From Bacteroidales bacterium (GTDB taxonomy: Bacteria; Bacteroidota; Bacteroidia; Bacteroidales; CG2-30-32-10), in contig JBBQSF010000001.1 in NCBI GenBank assembly GCA_038214085.1, forward strand, positions 1 to 54,374: 54,374 bases of DNA, given 5' to 3'. A model generated the notes under the pieces. The model worked only from the letters and a program-made list of their open reading frames with translations, was not told the origin of the DNA and did no database searches. The position numbers and the translations under genes are program-made. Below, one piece after another: positions 8,985-17,432 of this stretch (the first letter of the stretch is position 1; each line of letters opens with the position of its first letter).

Positions 8985-9572
8985 ATGAAAAAATTATTCT
9001 TAGTACTTACATTCATAACAATACTTTTTTCTTCGGCATTTAGCCAGGAAAAACCAAAAGCAAAACATCTTTTACCCAATGGCGAACCCGACAGGCCATT
9101 CACTTTTTTTGGCAAACACGGTTTCGCTTTATATCCTGATGCTATTGCTAATGGCAAGCCTGCTTATTTTTTTGGAGCCGGTGTGCGCGTTGAAGATGAC
9201 GACAAAGACAGCCCGCTTTTTCTGGAACTGGAAGGTTTGTATCATATTGTAAATGGAATGGATTCGGCAAATAAATCGCTCACTTCGTTAAATCTCAATA
9301 TGAATTTTTATTTCGTATTGGCTACCAATGCTGCAAAATCATTTCGTTGGAATGCAGGAACCGGTCTGGGCTGGAGCTCTATAAACGATGAGTACATTTC
9401 TAAAACCGCAAAACAATTCGGGTTTAATTTTAATACCCAAGTGGAAATGTTGCTAAAGCACAAACGGTTTAATCTTTTTGCAGGTTATCACATTCTTCCT
9501 TTCCACAATGCCGGAATGGAGCAATATAGTTTTAATACATTTAGCATCGGCACCGGATTTTATTTCAGATAA
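8985..9572 (+). CDS. Secreted hypothetical protein, small outer-membrane beta-barrel candidate
   Basis: Signal peptide MKKLFLVLTFITILFSSAFSQ, amphipathic strand pattern, C-terminal GTGFYFR. The function is unknown. Confidence 0.6.
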   Translation: MKKLFLVLTFITILFSSAFSQEKPKAKHLLPNGEPDRPFTFFGKHGFALYPDAIANGKPAYFFGAGVRVEDDDKDSPLFLELEGLYHIVNGMDSANKSLTSLNLNMNFYFVLATNAAKSFRWNAGTGLGWSSINDEYISKTAKQFGFNFNTQVEMLLKHKRFNLFAGYHILPFHNAGMEQYSFNTFSIGTGFYFR

Positions 9573-9632
9573 AATAATTTCTTCCATAATAATGAATAGC
9601 TTTTTTGTTAGGTATTTCCTAGCCAATTGTAG

Positions 9633-9640
9633 TACCTTTG
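9633..9640 (+). promoter_or_regulatory. -7 promoter box TACCTTTG
   Basis: Perfect match ending 10 nt before ATG 9651. Confidence 0.45.
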
Positions 9641-9650
9641 TTGCAAATTT

Positions 9651-10637
9651 ATGAAACCCATCCGCTATTATTTGCTTCTTTGTTTTTTCATACCTTTGGG
9701 TTTGATTGCTGCAAATGAGGATACCAGCTATGTTTCTCATTTTAATAAAAAGTATACACTGAGGTTAATCAGTTTTTACAGGAATTTCAATTTTTCGATA
9801 AGCCCCATTTCTTTTGTTGATTCTATCAGAGACAATAAAATTATTTACAGCCCCAATATGAATTATAATATGGGTGGAGGCGGATCCTATAAAAATTTCA
9901 TGTTTCAGGGATTTATAAGGATTCCCGGGGCTCATAAAAATGAAACAAAACATGGGAAAACCATTTATTTAGATATGCAGGCGCAGATGATTCAAAAAAA
10001 ATATGGCGGGTATGCGTATTATAAAAAATACAGTGGTTTTTATATGGCCAAACCTGCTAATATTTTCAGCGATTGGGACAATTCAAAGCCACATCCTTTG
10101 CGTGGCGATATGAGCATTGAAAACATTGGCGGAGAAGCCTATTTTGTTTTCAATAACAACAAATATTCTCTTAGTGCAGTAAGTAAACTTACCGAGCGTC
10201 AGAAAAAAAATGCAGGAACTCCTCTGCTAATGTATGATATTTCGTACATGAAATTAAAAGCTGATTCTTCGCTTATTCCCTCAAATCAAAATCAATATTA
10301 CACAGAAATGCAAGGATTTCATGGGGGCGATTTTTTTGTTACCAATTTGTTGGCTGGGTATTCTTATTTTATGGTTTTTAAAAAATACATTTATGTAACG
10401 CCATTTGTTTTTGCAGGGCCCGGGTATATTTCAAAAAAAATGTATTCGTACAATGGCGATATTAAAACTAAGGAAATGATGTTTCGGGGAAGTTTTCGAT
10501 TACGCGCTGGTTACAATGGAAACACCATTCTTGCAGGATTAATTTTTGATGAAAATATTTACCTGATGCCTGAAAACGAATTGAGGCTGCAGTCGTCAAC
10601 CATGACATTCACTGTTTTTGCTGGTTACCGCTTTTAA
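9651..10637 (+). CDS. Secreted hypothetical protein, beta-barrel candidate (possibly the Bacteroidota DUF4421 family, from memory only)
   Basis: Signal peptide; Tyr/Phe/Gly-rich strands; C-terminal TVFAGYRF typical of OM barrels. A perfect -7 box ends 10 nt upstream of the ATG. Confidence 0.6.
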   Translation: MKPIRYYLLLCFFIPLGLIAANEDTSYVSHFNKKYTLRLISFYRNFNFSISPISFVDSIRDNKIIYSPNMNYNMGGGGSYKNFMFQGFIRIPGAHKNETKHGKTIYLDMQAQMIQKKYGGYAYYKKYSGFYMAKPANIFSDWDNSKPHPLRGDMSIENIGGEAYFVFNNNKYSLSAVSKLTERQKKNAGTPLLMYDISYMKLKADSSLIPSNQNQYYTEMQGFHGGDFFVTNLLAGYSYFMVFKKYIYVTPFVFAGPGYISKKMYSYNGDIKTKEMMFRGSFRLRAGYNGNTILAGLIFDENIYLMPENELRLQSSTMTFTVFAGYRF

Positions 10638-10667
10638 ATTTCCTACCGTTTAATAAATTTCAAGCCA

Positions 10668-10701
10668 TACAGAATCTCTACAGATTTCTGAATTAATATT
10701 G
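10668..10701 (+). promoter_or_regulatory. Candidate response-regulator site: TACAGAAT-N3-TACAGATT, N7, near-consensus -7 box TAATATTG
   Basis: Half-sites at 10668..10675 and 10679..10686 (11-bp phase), with the box at 10694..10701, 47 nt before the PepSY-like gene ATG. Confidence 0.5.
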
Positions 10702-10748
10702 CGGTATTATTTATTAATGACATAACGGAAACCACAAAAAACAAAAAC

Positions 10749-11570
10749 ATGAAAAATGTAATTTTAATTTCAATTTCGCTTGTTCTTGGCTTCACTGCCT
10801 GCGGACAAAAAGTAAAAAAAGAAGATGTGCCAGCATCCGTAACAACAAAATTTGCTTCGCTTTACCCAAAAGTACAGGATGCAAAATGGTCGAAAGAAAA
10901 TGTAGGATTTGAAGCAGAATTCGAGGTAAACAAAGTGGAAATGTCAGCTAATTTCGATGCCAGCGGAAACTTACTCGAAACAGAAACAGAAATGAATGTT
11001 TCCGAATTACCTGCTTCGATAAAAGAGTATATTAAAACGAAGTACAACGATGCAAAAATTAAAGAAGCAGCTAAAATTGTTGATGCAAAAAATATTATTA
11101 CTTATGAAGCTGAAGTAAATGATGCCGATTTAATTTTTGATGCGCAGGGTAAATTTATTAAAGAAATAAAAGAAGCTGAAGAAAAAGAAGCAGAAGTACC
11201 TGCAGTTGTTAAAACAAAATTCGCATCACTCTATCCTAACGTAACAAAAGTTAAATGGGGAAAGGAAGGAACTGGTTTTGAAGCAGAATTTGAACTTAAT
11301 AAAGTGGAAACTTCTGCCAATTTTGATGCAAGTGGAAATTTACTTGAAACAGAAACAGAAATCGCACTCTCCGAACTTCCTGCAAATGTAAATACGTACA
11401 TTGCCAAGAATATTCCTGGCGAAAAAATTAAGGAAGCTTCAAAAATCACTGATGCAAAAGGAATGGTAACTTACGAAGCAGAAGTAAAAGGTGCCGATTA
11501 TATTTTTGACAATACAGGCAATTTTATAAAAAAGGCAGAGGAGGAAAAGGATGCCGAAGATAATGACTGA
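10749..11570 (+). CDS. PepSY-like (DUF2874-type) lipoprotein with two tandem ~112-aa modules
   Basis: Lipobox LGFTAC. Each module reads P..V..KF.SLYP.V...KW.KE..GFEAEFE.NKVE.SANFDASGNLLETETE...SELPA.....I......KIKEA.KI.DAK....YEAEV.....IFD..G.FIK, which is the PepSY-like pattern. Confidence 0.8.
   Translation: MKNVILISISLVLGFTACGQKVKKEDVPASVTTKFASLYPKVQDAKWSKENVGFEAEFEVNKVEMSANFDASGNLLETETEMNVSELPASIKEYIKTKYNDAKIKEAAKIVDAKNIITYEAEVNDADLIFDAQGKFIKEIKEAEEKEAEVPAVVKTKFASLYPNVTKVKWGKEGTGFEAEFELNKVETSANFDASGNLLETETEIALSELPANVNTYIAKNIPGEKIKEASKITDAKGMVTYEAEVKGADYIFDNTGNFIKKAEEEKDAEDND
10830..11534 (+). repeat. Intragenic tandem duplication: units 10830..11165 and 11199..11534, period 369 nt
   Basis: The two units align without gaps over 112 codons, with long identical runs at the DNA level (for example ggaaa(c/t)ttact(c/t)gaaacagaaacagaaat). 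The antisense ORFs 10862..11047 and 11231..11449 mirror the duplication. Confidence 0.9.
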
Positions 11571-11618
11571 TTTTCAATTACTTCCCTTTAGGGCTTAAGG
11601 GCAAAAAGTAATTGAAAA
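11571..11618 (+). other. Long perfect stem-loop starting at the first base after the PepSY-like gene stop codon
   Basis: TTTTCAATTACTT (11571..11583) pairs perfectly with AAGTAATTGAAAA (11606..11618). An inner CCCTT/AAGGG stem (11584..11588 / 11597..11601) adds to it. No U-tract follows on either strand. Confidence 0.6.
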
Positions 11619-11662
11619 CATCGAAATAATAATATTTAAAGAACCTCTAATCAAAAATAAAC

Positions 11663-11690
11663 AAAAAGGAAAGTTTGTCTTTCCTTTTTT
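11663..11690 (+). terminator. Rho-independent terminator
   Basis: Stem AAGGAAAG (11666..11673), loop TTTGT, stem CTTTCCTT (11679..11686), then TTTT. The A-run upstream can extend the stem. It ends 13 nt before the tolC ATG. Confidence 0.6.
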
Positions 11691-11703
11691 ATAATTTAGC
11701 AAT

Positions 11704-12942
11704 ATGTTGAAAAAGCTGATTTCGTATTTGTGTTTTATGGCGTTTTTGTCGTCAGGAATGGCCCAAGAGCGGAATCTGGCATTTTATATTGAACAAGGTA
11801 TTTCCGGAAGTCCATTGCTGAAAGAGTATAAAAACCAAGTGTTATCAAATGCACAGGACAGTCTTTTGGTCAAAGCAAGGAAAAAGCCACAGGTTAGCGC
11901 CACAGGTCAGGTACTTATTGCTCCGTACAATAAAAATTTTGGATATGACGAAGCCATAACCAATGGGCAGAATTACATAGCAGTTGCAGGCGTTTCCCAA
12001 ACCATGTTCAACCGCAGAAATTCATTGAATTCGTTTGAAAATATCAAACTTCAGAACAAAACCATTTCCAACGATACCAAGCTTACAGAACTGGAGCTGA
12101 AAAAAATTATAACGGATAAATATATTACGGCGTATACAACATACAACGAGTTGCAGTTCGGAAAAGAAATGCTTGCATTGATAAAAGAAGAAGACGAATT
12201 GTTAAAACTGCTTGCAGAAAAGGGCATTTACAGGCAAACTGATTATTTGTCCTTTCTTATCGAAGAGCAAACCCAGGAAACATCAATAATACAGCTACAG
12301 ATTGAATACATTCAAAGCCTTTACGAACTAAATATGATATGTGGTATTTCTGATACAAATACATATGTTTTGCCAAATCCGGAAATAAAACAATCTGTTG
12401 CTTCAGGGTATGAAAACTCTCCCGTTTACCAACAGTTTGTGGTCGACAGTTTAATGGTTGTAAACAATGTGGCGGCTGTGAAATTAAATTATATTCCGCA
12501 ACTCAGCTGGTTTGCCGATGCGGGTTTGGGCAGTACTGTGTTTCTGCAAACATACAAACACCTTGGATTTAGTGTAGGGTTGAATTTCACAATGCCAATT
12601 TATGATGGAAAACAGCGCGAAAAGGAAATAAGTAAATTCAAAATTCAAGATGATTCCCGAAAGAATTATCAAGATTATTTTAAGAATCAATACAGTTCAA
12701 AACAAGTTCAGTTTTTACAAAAAATTAAATCGTACGATCTTCTGGAATCTTCGTTGAATAAGCAGTTGGAGAGCATTAACGCACTTATTGAAATGAATAA
12801 ACTTCAGCTCAGTACAGGAGAACTTTCCATTTCGGATCACATACTTACTGTTAAGAATTACATTGAAACAAAACATCAGTTAAACCTTTTGCAACTTGAA
12901 AAAATGCAGAAAATAAACGAATGGAATTACATCAGTTTTTAA
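11704..12942 (+). CDS. TolC-family outer-membrane efflux protein
   Basis: 412 aa with a signal peptide and coiled-coil-rich OEP repeats. It is the first gene of a tolC-mfp-rnd operon. Confidence 0.8.
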   Translation: MLKKLISYLCFMAFLSSGMAQERNLAFYIEQGISGSPLLKEYKNQVLSNAQDSLLVKARKKPQVSATGQVLIAPYNKNFGYDEAITNGQNYIAVAGVSQTMFNRRNSLNSFENIKLQNKTISNDTKLTELELKKIITDKYITAYTTYNELQFGKEMLALIKEEDELLKLLAEKGIYRQTDYLSFLIEEQTQETSIIQLQIEYIQSLYELNMICGISDTNTYVLPNPEIKQSVASGYENSPVYQQFVVDSLMVVNNVAAVKLNYIPQLSWFADAGLGSTVFLQTYKHLGFSVGLNFTMPIYDGKQREKEISKFKIQDDSRKNYQDYFKNQYSSKQVQFLQKIKSYDLLESSLNKQLESINALIEMNKLQLSTGELSISDHILTVKNYIETKHQLNLLQLEKMQKINEWNYISF

Positions 12943-12964
12943 AAGATTATTAATCACAGGAATT

Positions 12965-13882
12965 ATGACAGGCTATTATTTTTATAAATATTTTCTTTCT
13001 ATTTTTCTATTGTCCATAGTATTTTCGTGCAATAGCGGAGGCGCCGCAGAGGAAAAGGAAATTGAGACAAAAACCCCAGTTACTGTTGCTGGAGTGAGCA
13101 ATGAGCAACTCGAAGAAACGCTGGAGTTAAGCGCCACATCTGTATTTCAGGTAAAGGATAATTTGAAAGCAACGCTCAGCGGATATGTTGATGCCCGTTT
13201 TAAAATTGGCGATTATGTAAAACAATCGGAACTACTGTTTACAATAAAAACAAAAGAAGCAGCAGCACTTGAAAATGACACGCTGAAAAACAAATTCGGG
13301 TTCTTGGGAATAAGTAAAATTAGTTCTCCCATTGCGGGCGTAATCACAACATTGAGCAAGCAAACCGGCGACTATGTGCAGGAAGGTGAAGATATGGCCG
13401 TAGTTGCAAAACAGAGCAGCCTCGTGTTTATTCTGGAAGTCCCCTTCGAGCTTAAAAAATATATTAAAACAGGAACATCCTGCAACATTGTTCTGGCTGG
13501 TAATGAGTTAATCAAAGGAGTGGTTAGCTCGCAGATGCCAACGGTTGACGCTGCTTCTCAAACACAAAGTTACGTGGTTACACCATCAGTATTTGCTGAC
13601 ATTCCAGAAAATCTTAATGCAAAAATCGAAATTGTAAAAAGCATTAAATCAAAAGCGCAGACACTTTCTAAACACGCATTGCTAACTGATGAATCTCAGA
13701 CGGAATGGTGGGTAATGAAGTTGATCAATGACTCCATTGCCGTGAAAGTGCCGGTTACCAAAGGAATTGAATCGGGTGAAAAGGTTGAAATTACAGAGCC
13801 CTTGTTTAATGCTGCCGACCGGATTATTGTTTCCGGAAATTACGGCCTTTCAGATACGGCAAAAGTGGTAATTGAAAAATAA
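12965..13882 (+). CDS. Efflux RND periplasmic adaptor (membrane-fusion protein) lipoprotein
   Basis: Lipobox VFSCNSG; lipoyl/barrel-sandwich-type block SPIAGVITTLSKQTGDYVQEGEDMAVV. It lies between the tolC and RND permease genes. Confidence 0.8.
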   Translation: MTGYYFYKYFLSIFLLSIVFSCNSGGAAEEKEIETKTPVTVAGVSNEQLEETLELSATSVFQVKDNLKATLSGYVDARFKIGDYVKQSELLFTIKTKEAAALENDTLKNKFGFLGISKISSPIAGVITTLSKQTGDYVQEGEDMAVVAKQSSLVFILEVPFELKKYIKTGTSCNIVLAGNELIKGVVSSQMPTVDAASQTQSYVVTPSVFADIPENLNAKIEIVKSIKSKAQTLSKHALLTDESQTEWWVMKLINDSIAVKVPVTKGIESGEKVEITEPLFNAADRIIVSGNYGLSDTAKVVIEK

Positions 13883-13888
13883 AAAGAA

Positions 13889-16800
13889 TTGAAAAATTAT
13901 TTCCTTAAATATAAAAGTCCGGTCACAGTAATACTTGTACTCATTATTGCAGGTGGAATATATGCGTACAGCAGAATTCAGACTTCGTTGTTCCCAGAAA
14001 TCACTTTTCCAAAAATTAAAATTATTGCGGATAATGGCGAACAGCCTGTGGATAAAATGATGATTTCCGTAACCAGACCACTGGAAAATGCGATAAAACA
14101 AGTCCCGGAATTAAAAACCATCAGAAGTATTACCAGTAGGGGAAGTTGCGAAATTTCTGCATTTTTTAACTGGAGTGCCGACATCAATCTTTGTCAGCAG
14201 TTGCTCGAATCGAGGGTTAGTCAAATACGGAATGAACTGCCCGCCACCACAAAGATAAACGTGGAACAAATGAATCCTTCCATTTTGCCTGTGATGGGTT
14301 TTACGCTCGAAGGAAAAAATAAAACACCCATAGAACTGAACCTTATTGCCAATTATATTATTAAACCTTATCTGTCGCAGGTTGAAGGCATTTCCGAAGT
14401 CCGCATTATTGGCGGAAAAACAAAAGAATACCATGTTGTGCTGAATCAACAGAAAATGAGTTCGCTTTCTATAACACCTCAAATGATAAGCGATGCAGTT
14501 GGTGCAAGTAATTTCATAAATTCAAATGGCTTGCTTTCGGACTACCGGAGAATGTATCTAACGCTTACCGATGCTGGATATTACAACAAGACTGATCTCG
14601 AAAATGCGGTGGTGCGTAACGATGGGAAAAGGGCAGTGCTTTTAAAAGATATCGCAACGGTTGAAATTACTGAGCTTACAGAGTACACAAAAATAAACGC
14701 GAACGGTAAAGAATCCGTATTGATAGGAATATTAAAGCAGCCCAAAGCAAACCTGATCACGGTTTCCGAAGAAATTGAAAAAAGAATAACAGATCTTGAA
14801 AAAATCTTGCCTAAAGGAGTTGTCGTTAAACCGTATTATATTCAGGCTGATTTTGTAAAAGGAGCCATCAGCAGTGTTTCTGACAGTTTATGGATTGGTC
14901 TTCTGCTCGCAATATTTGTTGTAATTATCTTCTTGCATTCATTCAAGGCAAGTGCTTCGGTTTTACTTACAATTCCGATAACACTCGGGCTTACGCTTGT
15001 TGTGTTGTACACCCTTAATTACACATTTAACATCATGACGTTGGGCGCCATTGCAGCAGCCATAGGACTTATTATTGATGATGCTATTGTTGTAATTGAG
15101 CAAATCCACAGGGCTAGCGAAGAACACCCCGGTGAAAAATCAGTTACTCTTGTTAAAAAATCAATAGGTTTTCTTTTGCCATCAATGGTGGGCTCATCCA
15201 TTAGTACAATTGTAATTTTTATTCCCTTTCTGCTGATGAGTGGCGTTGCTGGGGCTTATTTCAAAGTACTCACCAATACCATGATTATTACTTTGATTTG
15301 TTCTTTTTTTGTAACATGGATAGGGCTTCCTATTATTTATATTCTTTTGCCTGCGGTAAAAAAGAAAAACAATCCGGTTCTTCACGAAGTGAAACAACGC
15401 AAATGGATTTTTTATTTTATCCGGAAACCTTTATGGGCTATGGGTTTTGTTGTTGCTCTTCTGGTTTCTGCCTACTTTATTTCATCGCATATTGAAACGG
15501 GATTTCTTCCCGAAATGGATGAAGGATCCATAGTTCTTGACTACACTTCCCCGCCGGGCACATCACTTGAGGAAACGGATAATATTTTACAGCAAGTTGA
15601 AAAAATAATTGCAAGAATTCCTGAAGTGGAAAGTTATTCCAGAAGAACGGGTACGCAAATGGGTTTTTTTATTACAGAGCCAAACTATGGCGATTACCTT
15701 ATACAACTTAAAGCAAAGCGAACAAGATCAACCGAGGAAGTTATAAGCGATTTGCGATTACAGATTGAATCAACACAACCGGCATTGCGGATTGATTTTG
15801 GTCAGGTAATTGGCGATATGCTTGGCGATCTTATGTCGTCGGTGCAGCCCATTGAAATAAAAATATTTGGCGACAATAAACAGAAACTCCACAAGCTAGC
15901 GGAAAAAGCATCCTTGCTTGTTGAAAAGGTAAAAGGAACCGCCGACGTGTTTGATGGCATTACCATTGCTGGCCCTTCGGTGAATGTAAAACCGGATTTT
16001 AAAAAACTGGCGCAATACCAGATTACACCTGCCGATTTACAGTTTCAGTTGCAAACCCAGTTGGAAGGAAATATTATTGGAAGCATTCAGGAAAAGGAAC
16101 AACTTACGGATATTCGTATGATTTATGCTGACAGCAAAAATACAAGCCTGCAGCAAGTGAGAAGTCAAGATGTGTTTTTGCCTGAAGGAAAGCTGAAGCC
16201 ATTAACCGACTTTGCCACTGTTGATATTATTGAAGGAGATGCGGAAATTGAAAGAGAAAACCTGCAAACCATGGTTCCTGTTACATCACGTTTAGAGGGA
16301 AGGGATCTGGGCAGTGTTATGAAAGATATTCAAAAAACCATTAAGTCAAATCTTTCTCTTCCGCAGGGGTACCATATTAAATACGGCGGTGAATACGAAG
16401 AGCAGGAACAATCGTTTAACGAACTGCTGTTGATCCTTTTTCTTGCCAGTGCTCTGGTGTTTTTGTTGATTTTGTTTTTGTTCCGCGATGTTAAAGCCTC
16501 ATTTATTATCTTATTTCTTTCGGTTCTTGGTGTTGCCGGAAGTCTGCTGGCATTGTTTGTTACCGGAACGCCTTTAAATGTTGGTAGTTATACGGGATTG
16601 ATAATGATTGTGGGAATTATTGGAGAAAATGCAATTTTTACATTTCAGCAATTCATCAATAATTTGAAAACAAAAAATGTGAAAGATGCTGTTGTGGCAG
16701 CCATTTCTGTGCGTCTGCGTCCGAACCTGATGACCGCCGTAGGAGCGATAATTGCTTTGATGCCACTTGCACTTGGAATTGGAACAGGAGCACAATTGCA

Positions 16801-16930
16801 TCAACCACTTGCTATTGCTGTAATTGGAGGCTTTGCAATTGCATTACCTATTTTACTTGTTGTTTACCCAGTGTTGCTTTTTATCGTTTATAAGAATAAG
16901 AAGGAAATAATTTCAGAAAAAGACGAATGA
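13889..16930 (+). CDS. Efflux RND transporter permease (AcrB/CzcA superfamily)
   Basis: 1013 aa with a 12-TM layout and two large periplasmic loops; conserved block IGLIIDDAIVVIE in TM4. The start is TTG at 13889, because the first in-frame ATG lies beyond TM1. Confidence 0.9.
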   Translation: MKNYFLKYKSPVTVILVLIIAGGIYAYSRIQTSLFPEITFPKIKIIADNGEQPVDKMMISVTRPLENAIKQVPELKTIRSITSRGSCEISAFFNWSADINLCQQLLESRVSQIRNELPATTKINVEQMNPSILPVMGFTLEGKNKTPIELNLIANYIIKPYLSQVEGISEVRIIGGKTKEYHVVLNQQKMSSLSITPQMISDAVGASNFINSNGLLSDYRRMYLTLTDAGYYNKTDLENAVVRNDGKRAVLLKDIATVEITELTEYTKINANGKESVLIGILKQPKANLITVSEEIEKRITDLEKILPKGVVVKPYYIQADFVKGAISSVSDSLWIGLLLAIFVVIIFLHSFKASASVLLTIPITLGLTLVVLYTLNYTFNIMTLGAIAAAIGLIIDDAIVVIEQIHRASEEHPGEKSVTLVKKSIGFLLPSMVGSSISTIVIFIPFLLMSGVAGAYFKVLTNTMIITLICSFFVTWIGLPIIYILLPAVKKKNNPVLHEVKQRKWIFYFIRKPLWAMGFVVALLVSAYFISSHIETGFLPEMDEGSIVLDYTSPPGTSLEETDNILQQVEKIIARIPEVESYSRRTGTQMGFFITEPNYGDYLIQLKAKRTRSTEEVISDLRLQIESTQPALRIDFGQVIGDMLGDLMSSVQPIEIKIFGDNKQKLHKLAEKASLLVEKVKGTADVFDGITIAGPSVNVKPDFKKLAQYQITPADLQFQLQTQLEGNIIGSIQEKEQLTDIRMIYADSKNTSLQQVRSQDVFLPEGKLKPLTDFATVDIIEGDAEIERENLQTMVPVTSRLEGRDLGSVMKDIQKTIKSNLSLPQGYHIKYGGEYEEQEQSFNELLLILFLASALVFLLILFLFRDVKASFIILFLSVLGVAGSLLALFVTGTPLNVGSYTGLIMIVGIIGENAIFTFQQFINNLKTKNVKDAVVAAISVRLRPNLMTAVGAIIALMPLALGIGTGAQLHQPLAIAVIGGFAIALPILLVVYPVLLFIVYKNKKEIISEKDE

Positions 16931-16961
16931 ATTTCTGAGAATGTATTCTAATAAGGTAAGG

Positions 16962-17363
16962 TTATTCCACTGTAAATTCAACAGTTCTATCCGCAACATC
17001 ATTTACCAGAAGCTCTACTTTGTATGTTCCAGTTGGCCAATCACGAGGAAGTTCAAGGAAAAAGTCAATGGTTTCGGTAAGGTTCATTGTTGTTTTAACT
17101 TCTTTTTCATCTATTTTTTCATTTGTAGTTCCGGCTGCATCCACGGCAGTCCAAACAGCTTTAACCCTTGTGTCAACAGGCGCATTTACAATAATAACTT
17201 CTAAATGAAAAGGACCATCGGTAGGTGAAAATTTATTTGGCACTTCAACCAAAGTACCTCCAGCTTTTTTGCACAGTTTGGCGCTGTCAATTTTCATTGG
17301 GCCACTTTGGCAGGAAACCAGAGCAATCGCAAATAAAATAATAGGAAATATAAGCTTTTTCAT
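16962..17363 (-). CDS. Small lipoprotein, hypothetical (beta-sandwich-like)
   Basis: Lipobox ALVSCQSG; 133 aa. I recognise no family. Confidence 0.6.
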   Translation of the reverse strand: MKKLIFPIILFAIALVSCQSGPMKIDSAKLCKKAGGTLVEVPNKFSPTDGPFHLEVIIVNAPVDTRVKAVWTAVDAAGTTNEKIDEKEVKTTMNLTETIDFFLELPRDWPTGTYKVELLVNDVADRTVEFTVE

Positions 17364-17432
17364 GATAAATAATTTAATGTTTATCTATATTAATTTGCAG
17401 TAAAAATACAACCAAGTTATTTAATAACCAAA

